Positions 17,758 through 28,182 of a stretch of DNA of 64,000 nucleotides are shown piece by piece; positions within the stretch are counted from its first letter, which is position 1; the number at the start of each line of letters is the position of its first letter. Where the stretch lies: NCBI GenBank assembly GCA_041178185.1, contig JBEGVS010000024.1:22284-86283 (forward strand), written 5' to 3'. Origin of the DNA: Pseudomonadota bacterium (GTDB taxonomy: Bacteria > Bdellovibrionota_C > UBA2361 > OMII01). The position numbers and the translations under genes are program-made. Below the pieces are notes generated by a model. The model was not told the origin of the DNA. It did no database searches and saw only the letters and a program-made list of their open reading frames with translations.

Positions 17758-19173
17758 CTATTGCCGCCACGCCGCAGAGGCCACGGCCTCACACAGCTCA
17801 ACGAGCGGCTCAGGATAGACACCGATTCCAACTACAGCCGCAACACAGAAGGTCAACGCGAATGTTGAGAATACCGATACCCTCACAGGCTCACTCGTTG
17901 GAGGGGCTTGGAAGAGCATCGCAGCAGGAACCCTGAAGTAGTACGCGCACGCCAGCGCTGAATTGAGCACCGCGATAATCGCTAATCCGTAGAACTGAGA
18001 CGAGAGCGCTCCGGTGAAGAGATACACCTTACCCATCAAGCCAGCCATACTTGGCGGTAATCCAGCGAGTGCAAGGAAGAAGAGGGTCATAGCAATCGCA
18101 AGAAACGGACTACGCTTTACGAGCCCCTTGAGGTCATCAACGCTATCAGCGTCTGGCCCGAGAACAGACAACACCGTAAAGGCACCTATCGTCATCGCAC
18201 AGTAGCCGGTGAGGTAGAATACAGAAGAGGCCAGAACGCTTGTCGTGTCCCCAAGCACAACCAGGCCGATCAACATGTAGCCCGCTTGCGCGACACTTGA
18301 GTATGCGAGCATTCGCTTTACGCTTCGCTGCTGAAGCGCGGCGAGGTTACCAACCGTCATGGCGAGGACCGAAAGAAACCACAAGATACCTACCGCCCAC
18401 TCAGTCGGAAGGAGGAAGGCATTCAGCGCGATCTTAAAGAGCGCTGCAAACGCGGCGACCTTTACAACACAGCTCATGTAGGTGGTTACTGAGGTAGGCG
18501 CGCCTTGGTAAACATCGGGAACCCAGAGGTGAAACGGAGCCAGCCCGATCTTGAACGCTAGCCCGACCATCATCAACACAAAGGAGAGGATAACCAGCGG
18601 ACCAGAGGAGTTTATCGGCGCTATCACGAGCCCACCGGTAACTCCGTACCAGAGCGCGATCCCGAACAACATGAACGCAGAGCTTACGCATCCAAGAAGA
18701 AAGTACTTCAGAGCGGCCTCAGATGAGGTCTCCTTCGTTACTCGGGCCCCACACAGGCAGTACAGCGCAAGCGACGCGACCTCGACCCCAATAAACAGGG
18801 TAAGGAAGTCTGAGGCAAAAATCATCACGAGTGCGCCACACAACGATGTCAGCATCAGGAAGTAATATTCACTGAGCATCCCTATCTTCTCCCCAGCGAG
18901 GGAGCTTGCCGTTCCGATCACGCTTACGAAGGCGCCGAGGCATGCGAGGATAGCGAAGAATTTAGAGAAGTCGTTGATGATGAACCCGTGAGGCACCGTG
19001 GGGGCCGTCGGCAGGAGCCCGACGATAAGATACGCCGCCGCCCCGATGAGACCGAGCGCGAAGAGCGAGGTCAGCCGTGCCCTTTCAAGAAGCTGTCCCG
19101 ACACAAGATACCCTAAACTCCCGAGCGAGAGAGCAAGAACCGGAGCAAATGGAACGAGAGCGTTCATAGTCAC
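17758..19173 (-). CDS. nuoN: NADH-quinone oxidoreductase subunit N
   Basis: EAALKYFLLG, FKIGLAPFHLWVPDVYQGAP and KRMLAYSS. Confidence 0.96.
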   Translation of the reverse strand: MTMNALVPFAPVLALSLGSLGYLVSGQLLERARLTSLFALGLIGAAAYLIVGLLPTAPTVPHGFIINDFSKFFAILACLGAFVSVIGTASSLAGEKIGMLSEYYFLMLTSLCGALVMIFASDFLTLFIGVEVASLALYCLCGARVTKETSSEAALKYFLLGCVSSAFMLFGIALWYGVTGGLVIAPINSSGPLVILSFVLMMVGLAFKIGLAPFHLWVPDVYQGAPTSVTTYMSCVVKVAAFAALFKIALNAFLLPTEWAVGILWFLSVLAMTVGNLAALQQRSVKRMLAYSSVAQAGYMLIGLVVLGDTTSVLASSVFYLTGYCAMTIGAFTVLSVLGPDADSVDDLKGLVKRSPFLAIAMTLFFLALAGLPPSMAGLMGKVYLFTGALSSQFYGLAIIAVLNSALACAYYFRVPAAMLFQAPPTSEPVRVSVFSTFALTFCVAAVVGIGVYPEPLVELCEAVASAAWRQ

Positions 19174-19189
19174 CTACCTCTATAATCCT

Positions 19190-20740
19190 TTACCGAGAGA
19201 ACCCTAACGCGATGCTGCTATCAGCAACTATCGCCGGGCCCGCAGCCACCTCTACCGCTGGACTAATCATGCCGAGAAGATCCGCCGGGAAAATACCAAG
19301 TCCAATAATCGCGGCGGCGAGACCTGCAAGAACGATCACATCAAAACCTCTTATGTCACCACCTGTCTGAGGATCCGCAGCATGGAGCGGTCCGAACATC
19401 GTACGCAGGTAGGCTGTTAAGGTGTAGACAGCACCCAACACAACTCCGAGAAGAGCCACCGTGGTCCATTCCGGAAAGAGCTTCCAGGACCCGACGAGGA
19501 TAAGGAATTCACCAACGAAGCTACTGGTAAGCGGAAGCGCCACCGCGGCCACGCTGAATATCATCAAGAAGAATGCCGTGAGAGGGATAGAGCGAGCTAA
19601 CCCTCCGAGGCGATCGAACTCTCGTGAGCCCTGTCGGTCGATAATAGCGCCGACCGTCAAGAAGAGCGCTGCGGTGATGAGACCATGACTCACCGCCTGG
19701 AACACAGCGCCGGTCATCGCCATCGTGGAGATACCCGCAACACCGAGCACACAGAACCCAAGGTGCGAGATCGATGAGTACGCAAGAAGTGAGCGAAGGT
19801 CCCGCTGGGCCATAGCCACGAGCGCCCCGAATACGATCGCGACCGCCCCAGCCGCTGCCAGGTAGGGCCCGGCCTCAGCCATGAAGTTGGGGAAGAGTGG
19901 CCACATAAATCGAATAATCGCGTAAATACCAACCTTACCGAGGAGCGCCGCGGTAAATGCCGCGACACCGTGAGGGGCCTCCCGATAGGTATCGGGCAAC
20001 CATCCATGAAAGGGGACCATCGGTATCTTAATCGCGAACGCCAAGAGAAATGCGAGACCGAGCACAAGCTCCTCGGTGGTGGTAAGCATCTTCATGCTTG
20101 CGAGGGTCGTAATCTCAAAGGCGAAGTTTCCATCAAGGGTGTGTCCCATCGCTTGAGCGTTCCATCCGAGGTAGAGGATGGAGAGGAACATGAGCGCCGA
20201 ACCAGCCATAGTGTAGATGAGGAATCTCAGCGAAGCGTTTAGTCGTTGAGCTCCACCCCAGAGCGCCATCGCTCCCAGCACAGGTAGCAACATCGCCTCA
20301 AAGAAGATGTAAAAGAGCACAAGGTCGGTCGCAAGGAACGCTCCCATCACCGTCGACTCACCGAGAAGAAGGAGCGCGTACCACCCTGCCCCAGCGCTCG
20401 CCGGCTTGGCGGACCACCCGATCACAGCGAGGGAGATAACCGCGGTCAAAAGACAGAAAGCAAAGGAGAGGCCATCGAGCTCCAGGTGATAGGTAATGCC
20501 GAGGGAAGGGATCCACTGATGCGCCTCCTCAAGTCCGAGTACCGCCCCGTGCGACAGGGTGGCAGCGCGCGAAATCGCCGCAAGGACAACCAAGGTCAGG
20601 ATCGAACATCCGAGCGCCCAGACACGAACGAAACGCGCCTTGGTGTCGATCTTTGAGGAGAACCACGGCGCCAAGCATCCTAAGGCACCGAGCGCTGGTA
20701 TAACGATAAGGGAAGAGAGTGGAGGCCACGCAATCGTCAT
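19190..20740 (-). CDS. nuoM: NADH-quinone oxidoreductase subunit M
   Basis: FYIFFE, AFAIKIPMVPFHGWLP, LAYSSISHLG and FVGEFLIL. Confidence 0.96.
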   Translation of the reverse strand: MTIAWPPLSSLIVIPALGALGCLAPWFSSKIDTKARFVRVWALGCSILTLVVLAAISRAATLSHGAVLGLEEAHQWIPSLGITYHLELDGLSFAFCLLTAVISLAVIGWSAKPASAGAGWYALLLLGESTVMGAFLATDLVLFYIFFEAMLLPVLGAMALWGGAQRLNASLRFLIYTMAGSALMFLSILYLGWNAQAMGHTLDGNFAFEITTLASMKMLTTTEELVLGLAFLLAFAIKIPMVPFHGWLPDTYREAPHGVAAFTAALLGKVGIYAIIRFMWPLFPNFMAEAGPYLAAAGAVAIVFGALVAMAQRDLRSLLAYSSISHLGFCVLGVAGISTMAMTGAVFQAVSHGLITAALFLTVGAIIDRQGSREFDRLGGLARSIPLTAFFLMIFSVAAVALPLTSSFVGEFLILVGSWKLFPEWTTVALLGVVLGAVYTLTAYLRTMFGPLHAADPQTGGDIRGFDVIVLAGLAAAIIGLGIFPADLLGMISPAVEVAAGPAIVADSSIALGFSR

Positions 20741-20744
20741 GAAA

Positions 20745-22616
20745 CTACCTCACCGGAAGAAAACAATACAAAAGGAGGGCCGCTGAAGCGAACATCCATA
20801 GAACATACGTACTCACCTGTCCCGTCGTTACGCGACACGTAAGCTCACCAACCGCTCGGCTGATACCTCCGATGGCGTTTCCGGTACCGATCGATACGGA
20901 CTGATCGAGAACACGGGAGAAGACTCCAGAGAGCACTCGAATCGGCGCGATCACGAGGAGCCCAAGAAGCTCGTCCAGGTAAAACTTTCCAGACGAGAGC
21001 TTCTCCCCGATCCAGAGCACCTTCCGAATAGTATCCTTGAGGGCTGGCGCCACTACGAAGAGAGCGTACGCAGCTGCGATACCGATAAGACCTGGAATCG
21101 ATCCAAGAACGTATCCAAGGGTGCCACCACCTGCGTGGTGCGCAACGGGAGGGAGCGGACCTTGTAGGTAGGTGAAGAAGCTGTGATTCAGAGCGAGGCC
21201 ACCACCGACCGAAAGCGCGGCGAGCACGAGAACAGGCGCAGTCATCACGAGGGGAGCCTCATGCGGATGCCCCTCACCTCGGTATGAACCGAGGAAGGTG
21301 AGAATGAAGGACCGGGTCATGTAAAAGGCGGTGCAGATAGCGATGGCTGTTGCACCAAAACCGATCAGTTCGCTATACGAGTGCAAGTAAGGATTGTGCA
21401 CGTGAGCCAACGAATCAAGGATGGCGTGCTTCGAGAAATATCCCGCAAATGGAGCGATCCCCGCAATCGCGAGGGTCGCAGCACCGTAGCTGAGACACGT
21501 TATGGGCATAGATCTGGCAAGACCACCCATGCGACGCATATCCTGTTCATGGTGACATCCATGAATAACCGATCCCGCGCTCATGAAGAGACACGCTTTG
21601 AAGAAGGCGTGCGTCACCACATGGAAAAGAGCGACGCTGTAGGCCCCTACCCCAACAGCCAGGAACATAAATCCGAGCTGGCTGACCGTAGAGTACGCGA
21701 GCACCTTCTTAATGTCGTTCTGAGAGATGGCGATAAGGGCAGCGATTGCTGACGTCGCAAAAGCCGTCCAGAGGATGACCGCCGGAACGACCGGATCAAG
21801 CTCAATAACTCCGTACATTCGCGCCATAAGGTAAATGCCCGCTGTCACCATCGTGGCTGCGTGGATCAGAGCTGAAACGGGTGTGGGTCCGGCCATGGCG
21901 TCGGGGAGCCAAGTAAAGAGTGGCAATTGAGCTGATTTACCGGTAGCCGCGAGGAAGAGCGCGATACCCGCGATGAACCCCATCTCTGAGGGAATACGCG
22001 CGAGTATCTCAGGTCGTGACAAGGTTGTAATATCGAGCGACCCACACGCATGGTAGAGAATAGCCATCGCAACGATGAAGCCCAGGTCACCGATACGGTT
22101 CATAACGAACGCCTTACGACCCGCGGATGCGAAATCGGAATTCGTGTACCAGAAACCGATCAAGAGATAGGAGCACAATCCTACCCCCTCCCAACCGATG
22201 AAGATAACCGGTAAGGACTTCCCCAACACAAGGATAAGCATCGAGGCGATGAAGAGGTTCAAGTACGAAAAGAACCGGGGACGGCTCTCGTCCTCTGCCA
22301 TGTATCCGACAGAGTAGAGGTGGATGAGTGAACCGACACCGGTCACCACCAAGCACATTACGGCAGAGAGCTTGTCGAAGTAGATCTCAAGGGGAAGCTT
22401 CACATCCGCAAACGATAACCACGAACTCAAGGTGAAGGTGAAGCTTTCTCCACCTTCAAGCGAGCTCCACAGAGAGACGACAAAATAAAAAGATGTGGCG
22501 ACAGCCGCCGTGGCGAGGATACCAGCGAGCTTAGGGGCGGCTCGACCGAGCGCGTACGAGAGTATCGCTCCTATCAGGGGAACAAGAACAACAAGCGCTA
22601 AACGAGTATCTTCCAT
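20745..22616 (-). CDS. nuoL: NADH-quinone oxidoreductase subunit L
   Basis: GWEGVGLCSYLLIGFW, GKSAQLPL.TWLPDAMAGPTPVSALIHAATMV and HAFFKA. Confidence 0.97.
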   Translation of the reverse strand: MEDTRLALVVLVPLIGAILSYALGRAAPKLAGILATAAVATSFYFVVSLWSSLEGGESFTFTLSSWLSFADVKLPLEIYFDKLSAVMCLVVTGVGSLIHLYSVGYMAEDESRPRFFSYLNLFIASMLILVLGKSLPVIFIGWEGVGLCSYLLIGFWYTNSDFASAGRKAFVMNRIGDLGFIVAMAILYHACGSLDITTLSRPEILARIPSEMGFIAGIALFLAATGKSAQLPLFTWLPDAMAGPTPVSALIHAATMVTAGIYLMARMYGVIELDPVVPAVILWTAFATSAIAALIAISQNDIKKVLAYSTVSQLGFMFLAVGVGAYSVALFHVVTHAFFKACLFMSAGSVIHGCHHEQDMRRMGGLARSMPITCLSYGAATLAIAGIAPFAGYFSKHAILDSLAHVHNPYLHSYSELIGFGATAIAICTAFYMTRSFILTFLGSYRGEGHPHEAPLVMTAPVLVLAALSVGGGLALNHSFFTYLQGPLPPVAHHAGGGTLGYVLGSIPGLIGIAAAYALFVVAPALKDTIRKVLWIGEKLSSGKFYLDELLGLLVIAPIRVLSGVFSRVLDQSVSIGTGNAIGGISRAVGELTCRVTTGQVSTYVLWMFASAALLLYCFLPVR

Positions 22617-22627
22617 AACCTACTGTC

Positions 22628-22930
22628 CTACCACTTAAGCTCAGCCGCGTCCGTCGTCTCAATCGAGGCGACGCTACGAAAAACTGACAAGATAATCGCA
22701 AGCCCGATTGCGGACTCAGCGGCAGCGATAACCATAACGAAGAATACGGCGACCTGACCATCGAGGTTTCCGTGAATCTTACTGAACGCTACGAATGCAA
22801 GATTCACGGCGTTCAACATCATCTCGACACACATAAAGAGCACTATCGCATTACGACGGAGACATAGTCCTATGCCACCGATGGTGAAGAGGAGACACGC
22901 GATTCCAAGGTATGAGGTAATAGGATCCAT
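22628..22930 (-). CDS. nuoK: NADH-quinone oxidoreductase subunit K
   Basis: [17 protein letters not shown] and [11 protein letters not shown]. Confidence 0.96.
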   Translation of the reverse strand: MDPITSYLGIACLLFTIGGIGLCLRRNAIVLFMCVEMMLNAVNLAFVAFSKIHGNLDGQVAVFFVMVIAAAESAIGLAIILSVFRSVASIETTDAAELKW

Positions 22931-23476
22931 TTACTTCGCTCCTCCCATGCCACCTTCGCGGGGTGTCAATTGAACGTTTTTTCGCTTCGCGAGCATCACC
23001 GCTCCAACCACTCCCACAAGGAGCACGAGCGAAGACAACTCAAATTGCACCATGTACTTGCCGTAGAGCAGCTCCCCAATAGCCTTCACTCCCCCCTCGG
23101 AAGCCTTGATGTTCTGCTCTAAGGTTGCCTGGGAGATGTCTGTGAACTGGGCCAACATAGGACCTGACACGGTCAAAAAGATGACGAGTCCTACACCAAC
23201 GGTAAGAGCGCTCCGAACGATTCCGATACGCCGACCCGATTCACTCTTGAGATTGAGCAACATGAGCACGAAGAGCACCAACACCATGATCGCTCCCGCG
23301 TAGACTACGACCTGCGATACCGCCAAAAAGTGCGCCCCCAAGAGAGCGTATAGCCCTGCGATGGAGAGGAGGTGAAGTATGAGCGAAAAAGCACTTGAGA
23401 GCGGATTACGAAAACCAACCACCCCGATGGCCGACGCGATACCGATCGCGGCGATTACAAATTCCATAAAACTCAT
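22931..23476 (-). CDS. nuoJ: NADH-quinone oxidoreductase subunit J
   Basis: NPLSSA, QVVVYAGAIMVL.LFVLMLLN and FELSS. Confidence 0.95.
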   Translation of the reverse strand: MSFMEFVIAAIGIASAIGVVGFRNPLSSAFSLILHLLSIAGLYALLGAHFLAVSQVVVYAGAIMVLVLFVLMLLNLKSESGRRIGIVRSALTVGVGLVIFLTVSGPMLAQFTDISQATLEQNIKASEGGVKAIGELLYGKYMVQFELSSLVLLVGVVGAVMLAKRKNVQLTPREGGMGGAK

Positions 23477-24570
23477 AAAAGCACCTTAGCGACTGCTGTA
23501 ATAACGAGATTAATGAGGGCGACCGGAAGCAACATCTTCCACCCCAAATTCATGAGCTGGTCATACCGGAATCGAGGAAGGGTCCACCGAATAACGATCT
23601 GAAGGACGCAGAAGAAGATAACCTTCGCCATAAGAACAGCGTGCCCTATCAAAGCCGCCCACCATACACCCTTCGGCAACGTTACCCACGGAATATCCCA
23701 TCCGCCGAAGAAGAGAAGGGCTAAGAGGAGCGCAAAGAGTGCGATCTCGCAGAACTCACCCAACCAGAAGAGGAGAAACTTCATTCCCGAGTATTCGGTA
23801 AAGTAGCCGGCGGTCAGCTCAGACTCGGCCTCAGGGAGGTCGAACGGCCCACGCTTCGTCTCAGCCATGCCAGCCAAAAGAAGAACGATAAAACCCACCG
23901 GTTGATAGACAACTCCCCATGCGGGAACGACCCCCCACAGAAGCTCCTGCTGCTTCTCAACCATCGTGTACACATCTAGTGAGCCGTAGATCACTATGAG
24001 CGATACGAACACCAACCCCATCGGGAGTTCGTAGGATATCATCTGCGCCACTGCTCGGAGTGAACCGAGGATGGAGAACTTGTTATTACCGGTCCATCCA
24101 GCGAGGGCGATACCATAGACAGCTACCGACCCCATCGCCAAAACGAAGAGAATCCCGGCGTCTATCGGAGCCACCCGAGCGTGCACGAAGTAATCCCATG
24201 CGTAAAAGTCAGGAGCGAGCGGTAACACCGCAAACGCCAGCATGATCGGAAGCACCGCAACGACTGGCGCCATGGCGTGAAGAAACTTAGAGGAACCCTC
24301 CGGTATGAAATCCTCTTTAGAAATCCCCTTTAAAGAGTCGCAGAGGAGCGTGTTGATCAAACCGAGCCACCCCGCCATCCGTAACGGTGCGAGAAGAACG
24401 TTCACGAAACGATTCTCTGAATAGACAAACGCCCCTGCTCTGTTGGCACCAACGCGGTCCTGAATTAACGCCGAGCCCTTTCGCTCAAGCCATGTGCAGG
24501 TAGAACCGAGCACAAGCGCGAGATTCATGACAAGAAAAACCTTGAGGATGAGTATGAGAAGTTCCACCAT
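23473..24570 (-). CDS. nuoH: NADH-quinone oxidoreductase subunit H
   Basis: ERK..A.IQDRVG, AQMISYE, PFDLPEAESEL..GY.TEYSG and RWTLPRFRYDQLM. Confidence 0.97.
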   Translation of the reverse strand: MVELLILILKVFLVMNLALVLGSTCTWLERKGSALIQDRVGANRAGAFVYSENRFVNVLLAPLRMAGWLGLINTLLCDSLKGISKEDFIPEGSSKFLHAMAPVVAVLPIMLAFAVLPLAPDFYAWDYFVHARVAPIDAGILFVLAMGSVAVYGIALAGWTGNNKFSILGSLRAVAQMISYELPMGLVFVSLIVIYGSLDVYTMVEKQQELLWGVVPAWGVVYQPVGFIVLLLAGMAETKRGPFDLPEAESELTAGYFTEYSGMKFLLFWLGEFCEIALFALLLALLFFGGWDIPWVTLPKGVWWAALIGHAVLMAKVIFFCVLQIVIRWTLPRFRYDQLMNLGWKMLLPVALINLVITAVAKVLL

Positions 24571-24576
24571 AGTTTC

Positions 24577-26271
24577 TTACGCCGCTGAGGACGCTCCCAT
24601 CGAAAGTCCACTTTGCGCACCAACCGAGGGGTCCTTCGCGGCCGTACTCAGTTGAACACCGCCACCTTTGACCTTCGCGATCGTAATTCCTTGAGAGGAC
24701 ATGACCGGATCGCTTCCAAGGTACCACCGAGTAAGCTCGCGATCGCCGACGTGCATGAGGTTTACCGGAAGCATCTTGTACCCAGCGGCTTCACCTACAA
24801 GACCGAGAAGTCGCCACTCAGGCATCGTAGTATCTGGGAACTGAACAACGGCCTGGGCGTATTGCAATCGACGCTTGCCGTTTACCAGAAGACCCGATTT
24901 CTCGAGAACGCTACGCCCTCCGAGAACCATGCCGAGTGAGGACGCAATCTTCGAATCGGCGTCGGTCAACACACCTACCGACACGCGAGCGGTCGCAAGC
25001 CCCTCAAGTAGCGCCTCATCTATATCCTGTGGAGCGATTGCTCGATCCCCGAGAACGAGAATGTTTTCAATCTCCTTGCGACGGATCTTTTGTAAGACCT
25101 CTCGATAGTCGCTATCACTCTCCTCCCCTACGAGACCGGAGATCCGAGCCCCTGCCAGGTTGCTCGCGTAATCAGGGCTCACAAGGATCTCTTCAAGGGG
25201 GGTAATTGAACGTTTGTAGCTCGTCATCACAGCGCGTCCAACCGACGTGGCGCGGTTGAGCAGCTGACGCAACAGGTAATACTCCTCTACAAGGAGATCT
25301 GGGCTCAACAACACCGTAAGGGTCTTGAGCGTTCCTTTCAGCGCGTTAATAACATCAGCGATCTGAACATCCTCGCGCCCACCCCCTGATACGTTTCGAT
25401 AGGCACCTGTGATGCGGCTCGCCGGAAGAAATCGTTCGAAACCGTACCGTCCCTCATCACACAACCACTCTTTGTTGACCGCGTCGTTGCGACGAGCTTT
25501 GACGTTCACTATCTTCCCGTCACGCTCAGCGACCTTGACGTTACATCCTGTGGAGCACCCCGGACAGATCGACTCAGTTTGGTTTGTAAACCAGATACGG
25601 GTGTTGAATCTCCACTGACGGTGGGTTAGCGCACCGACCGGACAGAGGTCAACAACGGAACCGGAGAGCGGATTGTTGAGCTCCTTGCCTGGGCTCACCG
25701 CAATCACCGACTGGTCGCCACGGTTGAGCATCCCCAGCTCAGAGGTCTTCGTGATCTCATCACAGAAACGGATACAACGCGTGCACATGATGCAGCGCTC
25801 CCCATCCAACATCACCGTTGGTCCGAGTGGCAGCGCCTTTATCTTGTGAACTTTCTGCTCTACGAAACGGCTCGGTCGAGCGTTGTATTCGAAGTGATAG
25901 TCCTGCAACTTGCAGTGTCCCGCTTGGTCACACACCGTGCAATCAAGGGGATGATTAATAAGGATGAACTCAAGGGTCGCGGCCTGTGCGTCGGCTACAT
26001 CTTTGCTGGTGTGGTGCGTTGAGACCTCCATCCCCTCGGTCGCCCCGGTGTTGCACGCGATCGTCATCTTCGGCATGCCCTTCACCGAGATCTGACACAT
26101 ACGGCAGTTCCCCGCGATGGAGAGGTGAGGATGATAGCAGTAGTGCGGGATATCGATGCCGATACCCTTCGCCGCCTCGATGATATTCGTACCCTTAGGC
26201 ACTTGGGTAGCCTTGCCGTCGATGGTTACGTTTACAACTTCAACTTGTTTGGGGGTCGCCGCGTCAGTCAT
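24577..26271 (-). CDS. nuoG: NADH-quinone oxidoreductase subunit G (short form, 564 aa)
   Basis: IPHYCYHP..GNCRMC, NHPLDCTVCDQAG.C.LQ, RCIMCTRCIRF, CPVGAL and CPGCSTGC..WLCD Fe-S motifs. Confidence 0.93.
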   Translation of the reverse strand: MTDAATPKQVEVVNVTIDGKATQVPKGTNIIEAAKGIGIDIPHYCYHPHLSIAGNCRMCQISVKGMPKMTIACNTGATEGMEVSTHHTSKDVADAQAATLEFILINHPLDCTVCDQAGHCKLQDYHFEYNARPSRFVEQKVHKIKALPLGPTVMLDGERCIMCTRCIRFCDEITKTSELGMLNRGDQSVIAVSPGKELNNPLSGSVVDLCPVGALTHRQWRFNTRIWFTNQTESICPGCSTGCNVKVAERDGKIVNVKARRNDAVNKEWLCDEGRYGFERFLPASRITGAYRNVSGGGREDVQIADVINALKGTLKTLTVLLSPDLLVEEYYLLRQLLNRATSVGRAVMTSYKRSITPLEEILVSPDYASNLAGARISGLVGEESDSDYREVLQKIRRKEIENILVLGDRAIAPQDIDEALLEGLATARVSVGVLTDADSKIASSLGMVLGGRSVLEKSGLLVNGKRRLQYAQAVVQFPDTTMPEWRLLGLVGEAAGYKMLPVNLMHVGDRELTRWYLGSDPVMSSQGITIAKVKGGGVQLSTAAKDPSVGAQSGLSMGASSAA

Positions 26272-26280
26272 GGTACTGCT

Positions 26281-26910
26281 CTACGATTTCATAATCTCAG
26301 ATTTGGAGAAGCCGGCGAGCCCGGCACCCAAGTCATCTCTCACCGTCGAATATCGAAGGTCCGGTTTCTCCTTCTCGATCCGAGCCACGATCTGATCAAG
26401 CCTCTCGTCGGAGAGGTTCTCAAAGAACACGTCGTTGATCTGGCACATCGGAGCGGTGCCACATGAGCCAAGGCACTCTACCTCCTCAAAACTCCACATC
26501 CCGTCCTTCGTAACCTCGCCCGGCTTCACTCCAAACTTCTTATGGAAGTACTCCGATACCTTTCGAGCCCCACGAAGCGCACACGGCAGCGTTCGACAAA
26601 CCTGTACATGGTACTGCCCCACTGGCTTCTTGTAGTACATGGTGTAGAAGGTCGCGACCTCCCAGACCTGAACGGGAGGCATATCGAGCTGAGCGGCGAC
26701 CCACTCAACCGCGGACTGCGTAATATATTTTGTGTGCTCTTGCGCTATGTAGAGAAGCGGCATGACCGCCGAACGCTTCTGCGGATACTGCTTGATGATA
26801 TCCTCTGCGCGTTTTTGAGCTTCCGCGGTTACCTTAAGAAGCTCTGCTTTCGCTGAGGTCGAACGAGTATTGATGTGAAAAACTTGTACGTTATCGGTCA
26901 CACTCACCAC
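26281..26910 (-). CDS. nuoE: NADH-quinone oxidoreductase subunit E
   Basis: YP..RSAVMPLL, VATFYTMY, VCRTLPC and ECLGSCGTAP. Exact start uncertain. Confidence 0.94.
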   Translation of the reverse strand: MVSVTDNVQVFHINTRSTSAKAELLKVTAEAQKRAEDIIKQYPQKRSAVMPLLYIAQEHTKYITQSAVEWVAAQLDMPPVQVWEVATFYTMYYKKPVGQYHVQVCRTLPCALRGARKVSEYFHKKFGVKPGEVTKDGMWSFEEVECLGSCGTAPMCQINDVFFENLSDERLDQIVARIEKEKPDLRYSTVRDDLGAGLAGFSKSEIMKS

Positions 26911-28162
26911 CTATCATATTGATCATGCCAAAGGTTGGAACGATGTCGGAGATGTTAGCTCCCAGAATCATCTTCCTCATGGCACCCATGTGAATAAAGC
27001 TTGGCGATCGAACATGCGCGCGGTAGGGACGACCGGTACCATCTGATACCACGTAAAAACCAAGCTCTCCGTTTGCGCCTTCGATAGCATTATATACGGA
27101 CCCCTTGGGCGGCTTCACGCCATACATAACCAACTCGAAGTGGTTAATCATTCCGTCGATTGAGTTGTACACCTCATCCTTTGGAACCAGCGCCACGTGG
27201 GGATCGCTCACGGTGATAGCGCCCTCTGGAAGCTTGGCAAGCGCTTGCTCACAGATCTTCAGCGATTCCTCCATCTCAGCGAATCGAACGAGGAAGCGAT
27301 CGTAATTATCTCCCTTCAGTCCAACAGGGACATCAAACTCAAAATCCTCGTAGCTCGAGTATGGAGTCGCTTTGCGAAGGTCATGTTTCACACCAGAGGC
27401 GCGCAGCAGAGGTCCTGTAAGGCTCATACTGATCGCCTCTTCCGCCGAGATGACAGCGACATCGCACATGCGGTCGATAAAGATTCGATTGCGTGTAAGG
27501 AGTCGGTCACAGTTTACCAGGTGAGCCCGAACCTTTTTGAATGCAGCTTCAGCGCGCTCCGCGAATCCGGGAGTGAGGTCATCCTTTACACCTCCGACTC
27601 GACCGAAGGAAACCGTAAGCCGCGCACCGGTGACCTCCTCGATGAGATCCCAGAGATCCTCGCGAGCCTCCATCATGTAGAGCATGACCGTGAAAGCACC
27701 GAGCTCCATCGCCGATGCGCCGAGACAGGTCAGGTGGTCCGCTACGCGGGAGATCTCAGAGAGAATAACCCGAATATACTGCGCCCGTTTCGGCACCTCA
27801 ATCTCAAGGAGCTTCTCGATCGTGAGGCACCATCCAAAATTGTTGATCGCCGGAGAAACGTAGTTGAGGCGATCGGTGTAGGGCATGACCTGGTTGTAGT
27901 CGACCGTCTCTGACATCTTCTCGAAACCTCGGTGGAGGTATCCAACATCCACGTCAGCGTCGACGATCTTCTCGCCAGAGAGCTCCGCAACGATACGGAT
28001 AGTGCCGTGAGTAGCCGGATGCGCCGGACCAAGGTTCACCACCATAGTCTCGGAATGCAGGTCGTCGCCCAACGCCCGTGGACGAACGCTCGTGGAGATT
28101 CCACCTACACCTACATCAACCTCAAGGAGCTTTCCATCATTCATAACGTACCTTCCACTCAC
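26891..28162 (-). CDS. nuoD: NADH-quinone oxidoreductase subunit D
   Basis: NLGPAHPATHG, GYLHRGFEK, TDRLNY and terminal GECDR. Confidence 0.97.
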   Translation of the reverse strand: MSGRYVMNDGKLLEVDVGVGGISTSVRPRALGDDLHSETMVVNLGPAHPATHGTIRIVAELSGEKIVDADVDVGYLHRGFEKMSETVDYNQVMPYTDRLNYVSPAINNFGWCLTIEKLLEIEVPKRAQYIRVILSEISRVADHLTCLGASAMELGAFTVMLYMMEAREDLWDLIEEVTGARLTVSFGRVGGVKDDLTPGFAERAEAAFKKVRAHLVNCDRLLTRNRIFIDRMCDVAVISAEEAISMSLTGPLLRASGVKHDLRKATPYSSYEDFEFDVPVGLKGDNYDRFLVRFAEMEESLKICEQALAKLPEGAITVSDPHVALVPKDEVYNSIDGMINHFELVMYGVKPPKGSVYNAIEGANGELGFYVVSDGTGRPYRAHVRSPSFIHMGAMRKMILGANISDIVPTFGMINMIGGECDR

Positions 28163-28182
28163 GCGAACGGAATCGCGCGTGC